Assembly: GCA_002746795.1 (NCBI GenBank)
Contig: PDQY01000100.1
Coordinates: 29 to 64,028 of the forward strand
Source: Chloroflexota bacterium
GTDB lineage: Bacteria > Chloroflexota > Anaerolineae > Promineifilales > Promineifilaceae
Reading direction: 5' to 3'
DNA length: 64,000 nt
Part shown: positions 18,525 to 29,612 of the stretch, one piece after another
Layout of the letters: the number at the start of each line of letters is the position of its first letter
Position numbering within the stretch: the first letter of the stretch is position 1
Made by a program: the position numbers and the translations under genes
The notes under the pieces: model-generated
What the model saw: the letters and a program-made list of their open reading frames with translations, nothing else
Told to the model about the DNA's origin: nothing
Database searches by the model: none

Positions 18525-20297
18525 TTACCGTGAAATGAGAATCGGTTGCGGGAACTCACGCAGCATTTGATCGACTAAACTGCCTAAAACAATCCGCCAA
18601 AACGGCCGTCTACCAAAGCCCCCCATAATGAGCATATTACAATCGTATTGCTGAGCCGTTTCCAGAATTAAACGACCTGCATCATGGCTCACCTTAACGA
18701 TAATCTCATAATTTTCAACGCCATGCCTATCCAGGTATTCACGCGCTTTCTCGCCAGTATCTACAGTCACTCGTTCATCAGAAACGACTAGGACAACCAA
18801 CGAATGACCATATTTCATGGCACGATAGGCGGCTATAAACAGCCCCTCTTCAGATTTTGGGCTGCCATCATACGCCAGCAGCATTTTATCCAGATTACTA
18901 TGCGCAGTGGATGGCACCGCCAATAACGGCCGTGAACAACTTTGCAGCAAGGGCGTCAGTCCAGAACGAAGCCGGGCTACAGCTTTATCGCTGGGTGGAT
19001 GCGTCATGCTAAACACAACTAAATCAGCCCAAACAGAACGACGCAAAATCGCATCAGCTGGTGTGCCCCAATCCACGGCAAATTCATAGCGCACACCAGC
19101 CTCTTCACAGCGCCGGTTAAACTCATTTTTAATGGCATCAATCAAGCCACCCTGCGCCAATTGCTCTTCTGGTGTCAGTTCATCTTGCGGCCAGGCCACA
19201 TACAAGCCGAGTACACGCCCTTCAGAACGTCTGGCAAGGGTTAAGGCATGTTCTAAGGTTTGCCAATGGGATTCTTCGCCCCCCAACGCCACGAGCAGAT
19301 CTTTGAATATAGAGGTCGATGTAATCGATTCAAGCCGTTCTTCCCGCCAAATGCCTGGTTTAGGGCCAGGTTCTAGTTCGTGAGGAATGACGACATCGGC
19401 TAGACGATCACTGACACGAGTGATGACACTCCCCGTGCTTTCCCCTTTGTCTTCAGATAGTTTGGAAACGGCCGTTTCTGCATCCATCTGCCAGCCCAAC
19501 TGTTCACCCAGTTCCCGCCGGTAATCCGCTAACAGCGCATACAAATCTGCTTCAGTTCGGCCAGGAAATTGGTGAAACAAACCGCGTTCATAAAGCAAAC
19601 TGAGAACCGGCAGAAACACGTTATCATACCAACTGCCAACTGCTTCTGCATACGGAATCTCTCGCTGCTGCTCAATCCCCATAAAATAGCGATGCACATC
19701 AATTTCCTCCAGCAGCAAATAATAATAACCGGGCCAGGTCATCTTCAAATCAGCTCCTGGTCGTAAGTTATCAATATCTGTCATTTCCAGGAAATTTGCA
19801 TAGCGTTCCTTCAAGATAATCTCTTTTGGATCATCATCCGCAGATAAAGGCACGCGGGTTCGCACTTCAGTCACATACGCTTCAATGGCTTCATTTCCCA
19901 ACTGTCGCGCCACCGAAACACGATGATTGCCATCCTTCACAAAATAAGCATCACCAATCTGATACACTTCAATCGGCGGGACACCAACCTGGCTGACAAA
20001 TGCGGCTTTGACTGTGGCCCAGCGGTATTCATCGCTATCTTGCGTCGGCATAAAATCTCGGGTGTAGTCACTGGAACGACCGACACTACCCACAATAGCA
20101 TCCAAGGGGATTTCCTGAATACCTTGCTCAACAACCCCTGTCACTTTCAATTTTTTGCGCACCTCGTCATATTTCAAAAGTTCAGAAGGCTCGCCACGCA
20201 GCCTGGCAAGCGTTTGTTGTAAAGCGGCTTGACGACGTGCTCGTTCAAAATCCTTTAAGGCCGCATGGTAATCATACCTGGTTATCTCATTCATCAA
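18525..20297 (-). CDS. ParB/sulfiredoxin-like N-terminal domain fused to tandem universal stress protein domains
   Basis: IVGSVGRSSDYTRDF...YQIGDAYFVKDGNHRVSVARQLG (DGNHR ParB-like box). Two USP-like C-terminal modules ending LGSLVDQMLREFPQPILI. Confidence 0.7.
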   Translation of the reverse strand: MMNEITRYDYHAALKDFERARRQAALQQTLARLRGEPSELLKYDEVRKKLKVTGVVEQGIQEIPLDAIVGSVGRSSDYTRDFMPTQDSDEYRWATVKAAFVSQVGVPPIEVYQIGDAYFVKDGNHRVSVARQLGNEAIEAYVTEVRTRVPLSADDDPKEIILKERYANFLEMTDIDNLRPGADLKMTWPGYYYLLLEEIDVHRYFMGIEQQREIPYAEAVGSWYDNVFLPVLSLLYERGLFHQFPGRTEADLYALLADYRRELGEQLGWQMDAETAVSKLSEDKGESTGSVITRVSDRLADVVIPHELEPGPKPGIWREERLESITSTSIFKDLLVALGGEESHWQTLEHALTLARRSEGRVLGLYVAWPQDELTPEEQLAQGGLIDAIKNEFNRRCEEAGVRYEFAVDWGTPADAILRRSVWADLVVFSMTHPPSDKAVARLRSGLTPLLQSCSRPLLAVPSTAHSNLDKMLLAYDGSPKSEEGLFIAAYRAMKYGHSLVVLVVSDERVTVDTGEKAREYLDRHGVENYEIIVKVSHDAGRLILETAQQYDCNMLIMGGFGRRPFWRIVLGSLVDQMLREFPQPILISR

Positions 20298-20316
20298 TTC
20301 TCTCTCTCTGGTCGTG

Positions 20317-22053
20317 CTATCGGCAAATCAATATTGGCTGTTTACATTCCCGCAGCATCAGATCGACCGTGCTGCCCAATACTAAATGAGGTACAGGGCG
20401 AAAACCACCCCCCCCCATGATCACCAAATCACAGTGATGGAGGGCAACTGTTTCCAACACCGCCTTCCCAATATAGCCTTCCCGTAACACAAAATTCGCG
20501 GCAATATTATATTTAGCCAGATACTCTTGAGCCAACAACATCGACTCAGCCGACGTGTACCTGGTTTCTACGGTTAAGATGGTGAGCGACACACACCAAC
20601 GGACTGCCAAATATGCCGCCACAAATAAAGCCTCACTCGCTTTTGGGCTGCCATCATAAGCCAAAAGCGCATGTTTCATATTAGACCCGCGCCCCCCCGG
20701 TAAAACGAACACCGGACGTGGGCTGCGTTGTATCAACATGTTACATCCCGAGCCCAGGCGGCGCAACGGCGTCTTGGCTGGTGGATACATCAAGTTAACC
20801 ATGACCAAATCTGCCCAGGCTGCCCGTTCAGTGATAGTGCGTGCGACTTTGCCAGTCGTCACAACCAACTCACCCTGAACACCAGCATTTTCACATCGCT
20901 TGTCGAAAACATGCTTGATCTGGCTTGCCACCACGCCCTCTTTTTGGGCAGTCTCGGTTACGATATGCAGCCCCATGAGCCGACCTTGTTCACGGCGCGC
21001 AACAGCTAATGCCGCTTGAACCATCAGCCAATCTTCAGGAATACCCCGTATAGGCACCAATATCTTGGCAAATAATCGGTCATAATGACGAACTGCCAAC
21101 ATACGCCGCCGCCATTCACCTGTCTGCGGCCCATCTTCCAGGCTTAAGGGGGTCAAGGCCCCTCTTAAGCGAACACCTACCCCTGCCCCTCGCCATGTTT
21201 GGCTGCGTTTAACCAGATCGGTAACGGCCGTTTCCGTATCCAACGACCAGCCCAACGCATCTTCCAACTGTGCCCGCCGCTCAGACAGCAGCACATACAT
21301 ATCCGCTTCTGTGCGCTCAGGAAAATTGTGCAAAATCCCCTGTTCCCGGATAATGCGGATTACTGGCAGGTACACATCGTCATACCAGGCGGTAACAGCT
21401 TGAACATCGGGCACTGGTGCGCCCTGCCGTTCCGCCATACTGGCCTGGTGTGCTTCGATTTGCTCCCGCAGATTGCGATAATGTCCGGCAAAGGTCATGC
21501 TCAAGTTGGCACCATCACGTAACGTATCCAGATTCGTCTTCTCAAGAAATTCCAGGTAGCGCTCTTTGCAAATCAACTCGTCAGGATCAGCGTGATCGGT
21601 AAGCGGAACCCGGCTCACTACTTCGGTGACATAAGCCGCGATAGTCTTGCTGCCCAACTGCCGCGCCACAGAGACACGATGGTTGCCATCATTAACAAAG
21701 TAAGCATCACCCACTTTATACACATCAATGGGGGGCATACCAACCATATCATTAACGGCCGTTTTCACCCCAACCCAGCGCGTTTCAGCCTGATCATTTT
21801 TCGGCATAAAGCTGCGCGTAAAATCCTTGTAACGTCCGACACTGCCCACAATGGCATCCAAGGCAATCTCCTGCACCCCTAAATCCATAGAGTCAGACAC
21901 CTTTAAGCGCGCGCACACCTCGTTATAAGCCAACAAATCAGCCGATTTACCAGTGATACGCGCCATCAACTGCTGCATCGACGCCTCACGCCGCGCTCGT
22001 TTAAAATCACGCACAGCCACTTGATGTCTCAAAGTTTCAGGATCAGCAACCAC
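20317..22053 (-). CDS. paralog of the preceding gene (ParB-like plus tandem USP)
   Basis: Collinear with 18525..20297 over its full length: IVGSVGRYKDFTRSF, VGDAYFVNDGNHRVSVARQLG, LGSTVDLMLRECKQPILI. Confidence 0.7.
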   Translation of the reverse strand: MVADPETLRHQVAVRDFKRARREASMQQLMARITGKSADLLAYNEVCARLKVSDSMDLGVQEIALDAIVGSVGRYKDFTRSFMPKNDQAETRWVGVKTAVNDMVGMPPIDVYKVGDAYFVNDGNHRVSVARQLGSKTIAAYVTEVVSRVPLTDHADPDELICKERYLEFLEKTNLDTLRDGANLSMTFAGHYRNLREQIEAHQASMAERQGAPVPDVQAVTAWYDDVYLPVIRIIREQGILHNFPERTEADMYVLLSERRAQLEDALGWSLDTETAVTDLVKRSQTWRGAGVGVRLRGALTPLSLEDGPQTGEWRRRMLAVRHYDRLFAKILVPIRGIPEDWLMVQAALAVARREQGRLMGLHIVTETAQKEGVVASQIKHVFDKRCENAGVQGELVVTTGKVARTITERAAWADLVMVNLMYPPAKTPLRRLGSGCNMLIQRSPRPVFVLPGGRGSNMKHALLAYDGSPKASEALFVAAYLAVRWCVSLTILTVETRYTSAESMLLAQEYLAKYNIAANFVLREGYIGKAVLETVALHHCDLVIMGGGGFRPVPHLVLGSTVDLMLRECKQPILICR

Positions 22054-22502
22054 GTTTGTTCCTCGATAACCTGACCAAAGACAAAGGATACACGACCAAC
22101 AGAAAGCACCCTTCAGCAGTCATCATAGGTCATTGGTCAGATGCCGCAAAAATTTTTTAACGTCCAAATTATAACATTTTCAGTTGACCATGGATCATAT
22201 GTTGCACTTTCCGCTCAGAAAAGTAGCCTAACCACGCTTGGAGCAGACGGACGAGATCAGAGCTTTTTCAACTATGTGGTGAATCCAAACATACACTCTC
22301 AACCCGCCCAGCACTCAAGCCAGCGTTAGCCTGACACTTCCCTCAACAACCTAAAGACAAACATTACTTCCACAGGTTTGCTTCACATTTGCTCCAGATT
22401 CAGCATCTAAACTGACAACAAATTAAGAGATAAACATCTGAAACAGTTCATACAAAATACTGATGACAATGCGCCTCTCAAACTATTATTCTGGAGCAAA
22501 AA

Positions 22503-23306
22503 ATGAAAAAAATTCTTCTTATCCTACTTGTGTGTGCGTTTGCACTTGGGTTGATCGCCTTCCTCTTGGCGCGAGGTGGTAAAAACACCGCCGGCGCACA
22601 GGGCTGTCCCAGTGGTTTTGACAAATCGTCCGTTATCTTCAACGCTCTCACCATCTGCGCCACCCCCGACGTGTCGCAAGAGAAATTAACCCACGCCGCT
22701 AACGTCGCGGCCGAATGGCTCGACAACGATGGCGATGGCATCGCCGACGAACCCCGTCTCATCGAAACGCTCATGGCCAACAATCCCGTCGTTATGATGA
22801 CTGGCGAGCGCGGGAACCTGCTTCAGCAGGGGGCAACAATGACTCAGTTTGGCGACCGTATCCTGCAAGATTTGAGCGCAGCCGAAACAAACCCTGGCGG
22901 CAATGAACGAGACGCTTCGCAAGAGGAAATTCACCATATCATCATGAATGCGGGTTGGATTCAGCTTTTCCCCGACATCTTTAGCGATCAGGCGAGCCAA
23001 AACAGCAAGCTCTATCAGGCGTGGCAACTGGCCAACACCAACCAACTTTACGTCTACAACGACCCAACTTGCAACGATAGCTGCAAAGTGACTGAGTTTG
23101 TCTATCTGGCAACGGCCGCTTATTTTGGTGACGTGCGCGATTTGCAAACGGACGAAATCCGCCTCTATACTCGTGACGAGCTGCAGCAATCAATTCCGGC
23201 TGTCGTAGAGATTTTTGAATCGGCCGATTACAACTACCCCACCAACCATTGGCCAACCGGCAGCTACAACTTCTCAGAAAACGTGACGTTCCACAACGTA
23301 CAATAA
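22503..23306 (+). CDS. secreted or lipid-anchored hypothetical protein
   Basis: Signal-like N-terminus MKKILLILLVCAFALGLIAFLLA. I recognise no family. Contains a DNDGDGIADE Ca-binding-like loop. Confidence 0.5.
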   Translation: MKKILLILLVCAFALGLIAFLLARGGKNTAGAQGCPSGFDKSSVIFNALTICATPDVSQEKLTHAANVAAEWLDNDGDGIADEPRLIETLMANNPVVMMTGERGNLLQQGATMTQFGDRILQDLSAAETNPGGNERDASQEEIHHIIMNAGWIQLFPDIFSDQASQNSKLYQAWQLANTNQLYVYNDPTCNDSCKVTEFVYLATAAYFGDVRDLQTDEIRLYTRDELQQSIPAVVEIFESADYNYPTNHWPTGSYNFSENVTFHNVQ

Positions 23307-23413
23307 GCATCCACAATAGACTAGTTGATTTTTCTTGGCTATAAATCTCCTTGTTCCCCGGGCTGGTCGCCCGTGCCCGTGCCGACAGGATAAGAGCATG
23401 ATTGATATTCAGA

Positions 23414-23441
23414 GTAGGGTCAAGGCAGACCTTGACCCTAC
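23414..23441 (+). terminator. perfect 12-bp stem hairpin (possible terminator or protein site)
   Basis: GTAGGGTCAAGG-CAGA-CCTTGACCCTAC. There is no U-tract on either strand. Confidence 0.3.
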
Positions 23442-23647
23442 CAAAAATAAGGGTTAAATTGATGAAAAAGATAACGATTTTTGCACAGGCAAAGGCTCCC
23501 TATAATAATAGAGGCGAGCGCATCGTTCGCCATGCAGACAACAGCATCTTTCTCGGCAGCGGCAACCAGACAATACTCAACATACAGCAAACAGGCGACA
23601 GATATGCCGCAACATTCAACGTGACGCTTGATTTATCATAACCATCC

Positions 23648-24331
23648 ATGACCCACAAAATCCTTGTCGTCGATGACGACCCAACCATTCGCCAAGTAAT
23701 ACGCGGCTATCTGGAGCAAAATGGGTTCACCGTTTTGCTGGCAGCCGATGGCAATACGGCGTTACACATGCTGCGTGCCGAATCCCCCGACCTGCTAGTA
23801 CTCGACCTGATGCTGCCCGACAAAGACGGCTGGGAGATTACCCGCACCATCCGTGCCGACCGACGGTTAGCCGCGCTGCCGATTATCATGCTCACGGCGC
23901 GGATTGATGACATGGACAAAGTAATCGGTCTTGAGCTAGGGGCAGACGACTACGTGACAAAGCCATTCAACGGACGCGAAGTGGTGGCGCGAGTGCGGGC
24001 ACTTTTGCGGCGGCGCGAATTAGATCAGCCGCAGCGCACCATTCTGCAAGTAGGTACAGTTGAACTCGACACCGCCAGCCGCACCCTGCGCGTCGATGGC
24101 AAAGTTGTGGACATCACGGGGACAGAATACAACATCCTGCACGCCCTAATGGAAAACGCCAACTACACCTTCACCCGTGAAGAACTGCTGGAGCGCGGCA
24201 TGGGGTATGGGTATGAGGGGATGGGACGCGCACTCGATACACACATCAAAAATTTGCGCCGCAAGCTGGGCAATCCCGCATGGATCGAGACAATGTATGG
24301 GGTTGGCTACCGTTTTGTGGAGGCAGCATGA
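23648..24331 (+). CDS. OmpR-family response regulator
   Basis: Receiver domain [20 protein letters not shown] and winged-helix C-terminus VYGVGYRF. Confidence 0.85.
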   Translation: MTHKILVVDDDPTIRQVIRGYLEQNGFTVLLAADGNTALHMLRAESPDLLVLDLMLPDKDGWEITRTIRADRRLAALPIIMLTARIDDMDKVIGLELGADDYVTKPFNGREVVARVRALLRRRELDQPQRTILQVGTVELDTASRTLRVDGKVVDITGTEYNILHALMENANYTFTREELLERGMGYGYEGMGRALDTHIKNLRRKLGNPAWIETMYGVGYRFVEAA

Positions 24332-25566
24332 ATCGTTTTTGGGTGCGTCTGAGCGGAGCATTTGTCGGCGTTACGGCACTGACAGTGCTGTTTGTATTCA
24401 GCCTCTTTTTTGCCTTGAGCTTGGGAGAATCTGACACGTCTAAGTTGGTAATGGAATATGAGTACCACTATGCTGATACAACGAGACCCGTCATTGAGGC
24501 ACTCGTTGTGGATGGATATAACGATGCGGAGATTATCGCGCTTTTGGGGGATGGCAGACGGCTAGAGCGGCTGCTGGCGGAAGTGCGAGTGGATGGATTT
24601 GCACCGGGAGTGGACGTGACGGAGTGGGGTTTCGGCCACATTGCCACCGACTACATCCGCGAACTGCTCACCTTTGATTCATTTATCGTCCTCAGCATCG
24701 GCTCAATGTTTGGCATCATCGCCAGCGTATTGATCAGCCGCCAGCTTGTGCAGCCGCTGGCACAGTTGACGCAGGCAAGCCAAGCACTTGGTGCCGACCT
24801 CAGCCAGCGTGTAGCAGTCAACGGCAGTGACGAAATCAACAAATTGGCAGCCACATTTAACAAAATGGCAGGGCAGCTCGAACAAAACGAAACGGTGCGC
24901 CAAAATATGCTCGCCGACATCTCGCACGAACTGCGCACGCCGTTGGCTGGGCTGGAAGGGACGCTGCGCGGCACGCTCGATGGCGTGTTTGCGCTTGACC
25001 AGCAGCAGATCAGCAACCTGTACGGGCAAACGCGTCATCTTTCACGACTGGTCGATGATTTGCATCTGCTGGCTCGCGCTGATGCCCACCGCCTCACGCT
25101 AGACAAAACAGAGATCAACCTTGCCACTATGCTGCACAGTTTGGCAGATGTTTTTCGCGTGTTAGCAGACGAGGCAGCCATCACGCTGCGGCAGGAAATT
25201 GAGACAGTTGCGCCTATTGATGTGGACGAGGGACGACTGCGGCAGGTGGTGTCGAACCTGCTCAACAACGCGCTGCGCCATACGCCTGCTGGTGGCACTA
25301 TCACGCTGTCACTGCAACAAGCGTCCGATTCGGTTATCATTAGCGTGCAGGACACAGGAGAAGGGATTGCCGCCGATAAGTTGCCGCACATCTTCAACCG
25401 CTTCTATCGAGCCGACCCATCGCGCAGTCGGGATCGGGGTGGCTCAGGGCTGGGGTTGGCGATTGCAAAGGCACTGGTGGAGGCGCACGGAGGGGAAATA
25501 TCTGCCAAAAGTGACGGTCTCGGCAAAGGGTCAACGTTTGCCATACAATTGCATCAGCAAAGCTAA
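24328..25566 (+). CDS. sensor histidine kinase (TM-HAMP-HisKA-HATPase)
   Basis: ATGA overlap with the regulator's stop. H-box [12 protein letters not shown]-box [11 protein letters not shown]-boxes DTGEGI and GGSGLGLAI. Confidence 0.8.
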   Translation: MNRFWVRLSGAFVGVTALTVLFVFSLFFALSLGESDTSKLVMEYEYHYADTTRPVIEALVVDGYNDAEIIALLGDGRRLERLLAEVRVDGFAPGVDVTEWGFGHIATDYIRELLTFDSFIVLSIGSMFGIIASVLISRQLVQPLAQLTQASQALGADLSQRVAVNGSDEINKLAATFNKMAGQLEQNETVRQNMLADISHELRTPLAGLEGTLRGTLDGVFALDQQQISNLYGQTRHLSRLVDDLHLLARADAHRLTLDKTEINLATMLHSLADVFRVLADEAAITLRQEIETVAPIDVDEGRLRQVVSNLLNNALRHTPAGGTITLSLQQASDSVIISVQDTGEGIAADKLPHIFNRFYRADPSRSRDRGGSGLGLAIAKALVEAHGGEISAKSDGLGKGSTFAIQLHQQS

Positions 25567-25616
25567 CATAGCTTTCCGCAGAAAATCTAACACCTAAATT
25601 AGACAGTGCTTTTCAT

Positions 25617-28289
25617 TTAAGAAAAGAAGCCCGTTTTCCGATTCCGCTTTTTAACAACATCAACCAAGCGCTGACTTTTTTCTTGCATGGGCTCATCACC
25701 TATACTGGCATAGAGAACCTGGGCAATCTGCGCACTTTCCAACACCTTATCCCACTTTCCTTGCCGATATGCGATTAACGCCACATGATAATGGGCTCTA
25801 GCCAAAGCTTTCTTTTTCCGGCTTTTTTGCGCCAATCTCACTGATTTATCACCCGAGCGAGAGGCTTGCCACTGTTTACCCATCTGCTCGTAAGCTATGC
25901 TCAAATTGCCATGCGTCCAAGATTCACCAACTAAATCGTTATTATCTTGAGCAATATCTAACGCCTTTTTATATAAGTCAATGGCATTTTTGACGTTATG
26001 TCCATCCCGGGACACATTGCCCATCTGATTTAAACCATCAACAACGGCTTCCTGGTTTCCTGCCCTATCCATCAGGGACACATATTCCTCAAATGAATGA
26101 TAGGCTGGAACCAATTGCTTGATTTTCCGGTAACGTTCACCTAACACATAAAGCATATCGGCTACCCCCAGCCAATCCTTTTGTTTACGTGAAATTTCTA
26201 AATATTTCTCAAAATAGTCAATCGCCCTGGTGGGATCCCCCCATAGCTCATAAGATTCCCCAATGCCCACCAAAGCTTTCTTGCCAGCGTCCCTGTCCCC
26301 TAAATCACGGGAGATTGATAGCTGTCGCTTGTAAAAACTGGCAGCCTGCATTGAATCTCCAATTACCATGTAGACATCACCAAGTTTACCCAACAGCTCC
26401 ATCTCGCTTGCCTGCGTACTAATTTGCTTGGCTACCGCCAGAGCCTCCCGATAGTATGTTTCTGCCAGGGACAACTCGTTTGATTGAAAATGTAAATCAC
26501 CTAATCGACCCAGATTGTGAACTTCACGAATGCCGTTATTGCTTTCCCGGGCAATTTTTAAAGCGAGTTTATACAATTCAATAGCCCGATCTGTTTGTGC
26601 CATTGATAAATACAAATCGCCTAAATCGCTAAAGGATTCTCCTTCTCCTATGCGATCACCTAATTGGCGAGATTGCTCTAAACTCTGCTTAAATAAAGCT
26701 AATGCCTCTTGTGTATTGCCGCCATCCAAATAGATGCGGCCCATGTGGCTAAGCACACTTTTAATGCGCACCTGATCGCCAATATCTGTGGCCACGGCAA
26801 GGGTTTGCTTGTTCAGGTCAACAGCTTTATCAACCTGACCTAATTGATGATAGCTCAAGGCCATGCTATCCAAGGCGGCCGCTTCTTTATAGCGATCTGC
26901 TAGTTCCTTGGCGATGGCTAGTTGCTGTTCATGAAAGCGGACGGCGCGACGCGGGTCTTTTAAGGAGCGATAGGCTTGACCCAGTTCTCCCAAGGCATGT
27001 CCCTGCTCGGCTCTATTCCCTGTTTCATGGGCAATGGTCAGTTGTTCTTCATGGAACTCGACGGCGCGTTTGCCATATCCCATCGCGCGATATACTTGCC
27101 CTAAATTCCCCAATCCGGCACATTCTAATTTCAATGATTTTTCATTGCGGGCAATAATGACAGCTTGCTCAAAATACATGACTGCCACATCCAGTTTGCC
27201 AATATCCAGGTAAGACAGCCCCATGCTGTTATAGGATTCGCCCAAAGCGATTCTATCTTCTGAAGTTATGTCTCCGGCAACTCTCTCTGTGGGAACATCT
27301 TTGGAAATAACATGTTTGTACACTTCGACGAGCGCTTTTTCCATGGTGCGCCAATCACGGAAACGCTGGTCGGGATTGACCATGAGACAGTTCAGCAGGA
27401 AACGAATGACTTCTTTGGGCAGCAGGGATGGCGGTGGTTTTATGGCACCAGATAGGTGAATATCTTGAATTTCCTGCCGGGTTTCCCCATCTGCGGCAAA
27501 ACGGCCGCTCACCATCTCATACAAAATACAGCCTAAGGCATACATGTCGGTACGAGCGTCTAATGGTTGATGCTGCCATTGCTCTGGTGCCATGTATAAG
27601 GGGGTCCCCACCACGCCGCGAGTGACTTGCGTGCGTGTTGAATGCTCCCGACCAGGAGGAAAGGTGACGAGATCTGCGCCCATGCCTGTTAAGGTGCCCG
27701 CCAGGCCAAAGTCTGTGACCCGAGCCACGCCATCATGACCGATCAGCACATTTTCAGGTTTGAGATCGCGGTGGACAAGCCCCGCAATTTTGCTGGTGGC
27801 GTATTTCATGCCACGAATGATGTGGAGTGTGAAAAGTAATGCTTGTTTTAAAGGCAAGGGGCGTCCACGACGCATCCATGACCGCAGTGCCGGGCTGTTT
27901 TTCCCTTCTGGCTGCACGATCCATTCAAGCACTAAGTAAACTTCACGCCCATCTCCAATTCGCTCTACTCGATTGGCTCTTACGATATTGGGATGGCTGC
28001 CAAGTTCTACCCACATGGTGCCTTCACGCAAGAATAAATCTCGAGCCATGCGGTGAGATAGGTATTCAGGTTTGAATGTTTTAAGGGCAACTAATTCGTT
28101 TGTGGGGATGTCCAGGCACAAGTAGACTAACCCCATGCCACCAACCAATTTGTGTATAACCTCATACCGCTCTGCCAGAATGGGTTTCTGTGAGAAGGTT
28201 TCTGGTTCTATAGAAATGCCGGGCTTCTCCGACGGTCGGTCAAGTAAGTCTGTCATGGTAGCGATCTTATTATAGGCAATTGGCACCAC
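25617..28289 (-). CDS. Ser/Thr protein kinase with long TPR-repeat C-terminal region
   Basis: HRDLKPENVLI, DFGLAG and GTPLYMAPE, followed by more than ten TPR-like units (ALGELGQAYRSL and similar). Confidence 0.8.
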   Translation of the reverse strand: MVPIAYNKIATMTDLLDRPSEKPGISIEPETFSQKPILAERYEVIHKLVGGMGLVYLCLDIPTNELVALKTFKPEYLSHRMARDLFLREGTMWVELGSHPNIVRANRVERIGDGREVYLVLEWIVQPEGKNSPALRSWMRRGRPLPLKQALLFTLHIIRGMKYATSKIAGLVHRDLKPENVLIGHDGVARVTDFGLAGTLTGMGADLVTFPPGREHSTRTQVTRGVVGTPLYMAPEQWQHQPLDARTDMYALGCILYEMVSGRFAADGETRQEIQDIHLSGAIKPPPSLLPKEVIRFLLNCLMVNPDQRFRDWRTMEKALVEVYKHVISKDVPTERVAGDITSEDRIALGESYNSMGLSYLDIGKLDVAVMYFEQAVIIARNEKSLKLECAGLGNLGQVYRAMGYGKRAVEFHEEQLTIAHETGNRAEQGHALGELGQAYRSLKDPRRAVRFHEQQLAIAKELADRYKEAAALDSMALSYHQLGQVDKAVDLNKQTLAVATDIGDQVRIKSVLSHMGRIYLDGGNTQEALALFKQSLEQSRQLGDRIGEGESFSDLGDLYLSMAQTDRAIELYKLALKIARESNNGIREVHNLGRLGDLHFQSNELSLAETYYREALAVAKQISTQASEMELLGKLGDVYMVIGDSMQAASFYKRQLSISRDLGDRDAGKKALVGIGESYELWGDPTRAIDYFEKYLEISRKQKDWLGVADMLYVLGERYRKIKQLVPAYHSFEEYVSLMDRAGNQEAVVDGLNQMGNVSRDGHNVKNAIDLYKKALDIAQDNNDLVGESWTHGNLSIAYEQMGKQWQASRSGDKSVRLAQKSRKKKALARAHYHVALIAYRQGKWDKVLESAQIAQVLYASIGDEPMQEKSQRLVDVVKKRNRKTGFFS

Positions 28290-28313
28290 CTACACAAAAT
28301 AGTGGAAATGGGT

Positions 28314-29234
28314 TTAGGCGTGGAGCCAGTTTTGGAGTTGATCTATCACGGCCGTTTTTATACCCGCTGCTCCTAAATCAAACCAGGTGATACGGGGGTC
28401 GTCTTGCCGAAACCAGGTGTTTTGCTGCCGGGCAAACCGATGCGTCTCAAATTTGATGCGTTCTACCGCTTCCGCTAACGTCATCTCGCCCTCTAAATAG
28501 GCCCATAACTGCCGATAACCCAAACCACTCATCGCTGGCCAAGAACGGCGGCAGCCTGCCTGCCGCAACGATTCCAATTCGGCCAACAAACCATCTGCCA
28601 TCATCTGGTCTACCCGTTGATCGATGCGCTGATACAACACCTCCCGCTCTCGAATCAGCCCCAGCATAAAAATGTCATAAGGAGGCGGTGTTTTTCGTTG
28701 CAAATGGGAAATTGGGTGGCCAGAAACCAATGTGACTTCCAAGGCGCGAATGACCCGGCGCACGTTACGGGGATCGATTCTGGCCGCTGCATCGGGGTCT
28801 AAATGCTGTAACCAACGGGCTAACTCGGAACCATCCAGGGTTGCTAAAATGTGCCGTAAATCATGATGCGGTGGCACTTCGGGAATGCCCCACCCTTCTA
28901 CGACGGCTTTCACATATTGGCCTGTCCCCCCAACCAGAATGGGTAAACGGCCGTTCTGCACCACAGTGGCTATCGTTTGGTAGGCTAACCTTTGATACGC
29001 GCCCAACGTCAACGTTTCATCTGGATCGCAAATGTCGATCAGGTGGTGGGGCACCAATGATTGTTCAGCCAAGGAGGGTTTAGCTGTGCCGATGTCCATG
29101 CCGCGGTAAAAGAGGCGGGAATCGGCTGAAATGATTTCACCATGAAACTGGTCTGCAATTTGTAGGGAAAGGGCTGTTTTGCCAACGGCCGTTGGCCCCA
29201 AAATCACGAGCAGTTTATCTGCTGCCTTGTTCAT
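28314..29234 (-). CDS. miaA: tRNA dimethylallyltransferase
   Basis: P-loop GPTAVGKTALS. Collinear with the MiaA family. Confidence 0.9.
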   Translation of the reverse strand: MNKAADKLLVILGPTAVGKTALSLQIADQFHGEIISADSRLFYRGMDIGTAKPSLAEQSLVPHHLIDICDPDETLTLGAYQRLAYQTIATVVQNGRLPILVGGTGQYVKAVVEGWGIPEVPPHHDLRHILATLDGSELARWLQHLDPDAAARIDPRNVRRVIRALEVTLVSGHPISHLQRKTPPPYDIFMLGLIREREVLYQRIDQRVDQMMADGLLAELESLRQAGCRRSWPAMSGLGYRQLWAYLEGEMTLAEAVERIKFETHRFARQQNTWFRQDDPRITWFDLGAAGIKTAVIDQLQNWLHA

Positions 29235-29240
29235 CGCCGC

Positions 29241-29612
29241 TTACCACCCTAAAACCACATTGGGAATATGTTCGCAGCGGATGAGTTTGCCCTTTTTATC
29301 CAACTCCACTGCGACCAGATCAATGCGCCAATCAACATCCAAATCATGTTCAGCCACATAAATTTGAGCCAATGTCAACAGCTTCTTCTGCTTCGCTGGT
29401 GTCAGCGCCTCCTCCGGCGTCCCCATCTCTTGTCCTCGCCGGGCTTTCACTTCGATAAATACAAGTTCATCAAGCGCAGCTTGCGCGATCAGGTCTACCT
29501 CACCTTGAGAACAGCGCCAATTACGGGCAACAATTTTGTATCCCTTGGCCTCTAAATGGTGGGCAGCGACAGACTCTCCCCAAGCACCTAAACGCTTACG
29601 ATGGCTACTCAT
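29241..29612 (-). CDS. yraN: YraN (UPF0102) endonuclease-like protein
   Basis: Start set at ATG 29612. This gives an 8-nt ATGAGTAG overlap with the stop of the upstream GT4 gene. GEVDLIA and FIEVKAR motifs. Confidence 0.7.
   Translation of the reverse strand: MSSHRKRLGAWGESVAAHHLEAKGYKIVARNWRCSQGEVDLIAQAALDELVFIEVKARRGQEMGTPEEALTPAKQKKLLTLAQIYVAEHDLDVDWRIDLVAVELDKKGKLIRCEHIPNVVLGW

Noticed and set aside
21764-28945. A 7.2-kb stretch (secreted protein, OmpR/HK pair, TPR kinase) and a 5.9-kb stretch (46627-52520, pduC-pduV) lack any exact AACGGCCGTT. I considered them possible recently acquired islands.
   Set aside because: At about 0.67 sites per kb, a given gap of 7.2 kb or more has probability about e^-4.8 = 0.008. 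With 43 gaps, about 0.35 such gaps are expected by chance, and for 5.9 kb about 0.8. Decayed copies (AACGGCCGC) occur inside both stretches. Nothing else, such as integrases, tRNA genes or flanking repeats, marks an island.
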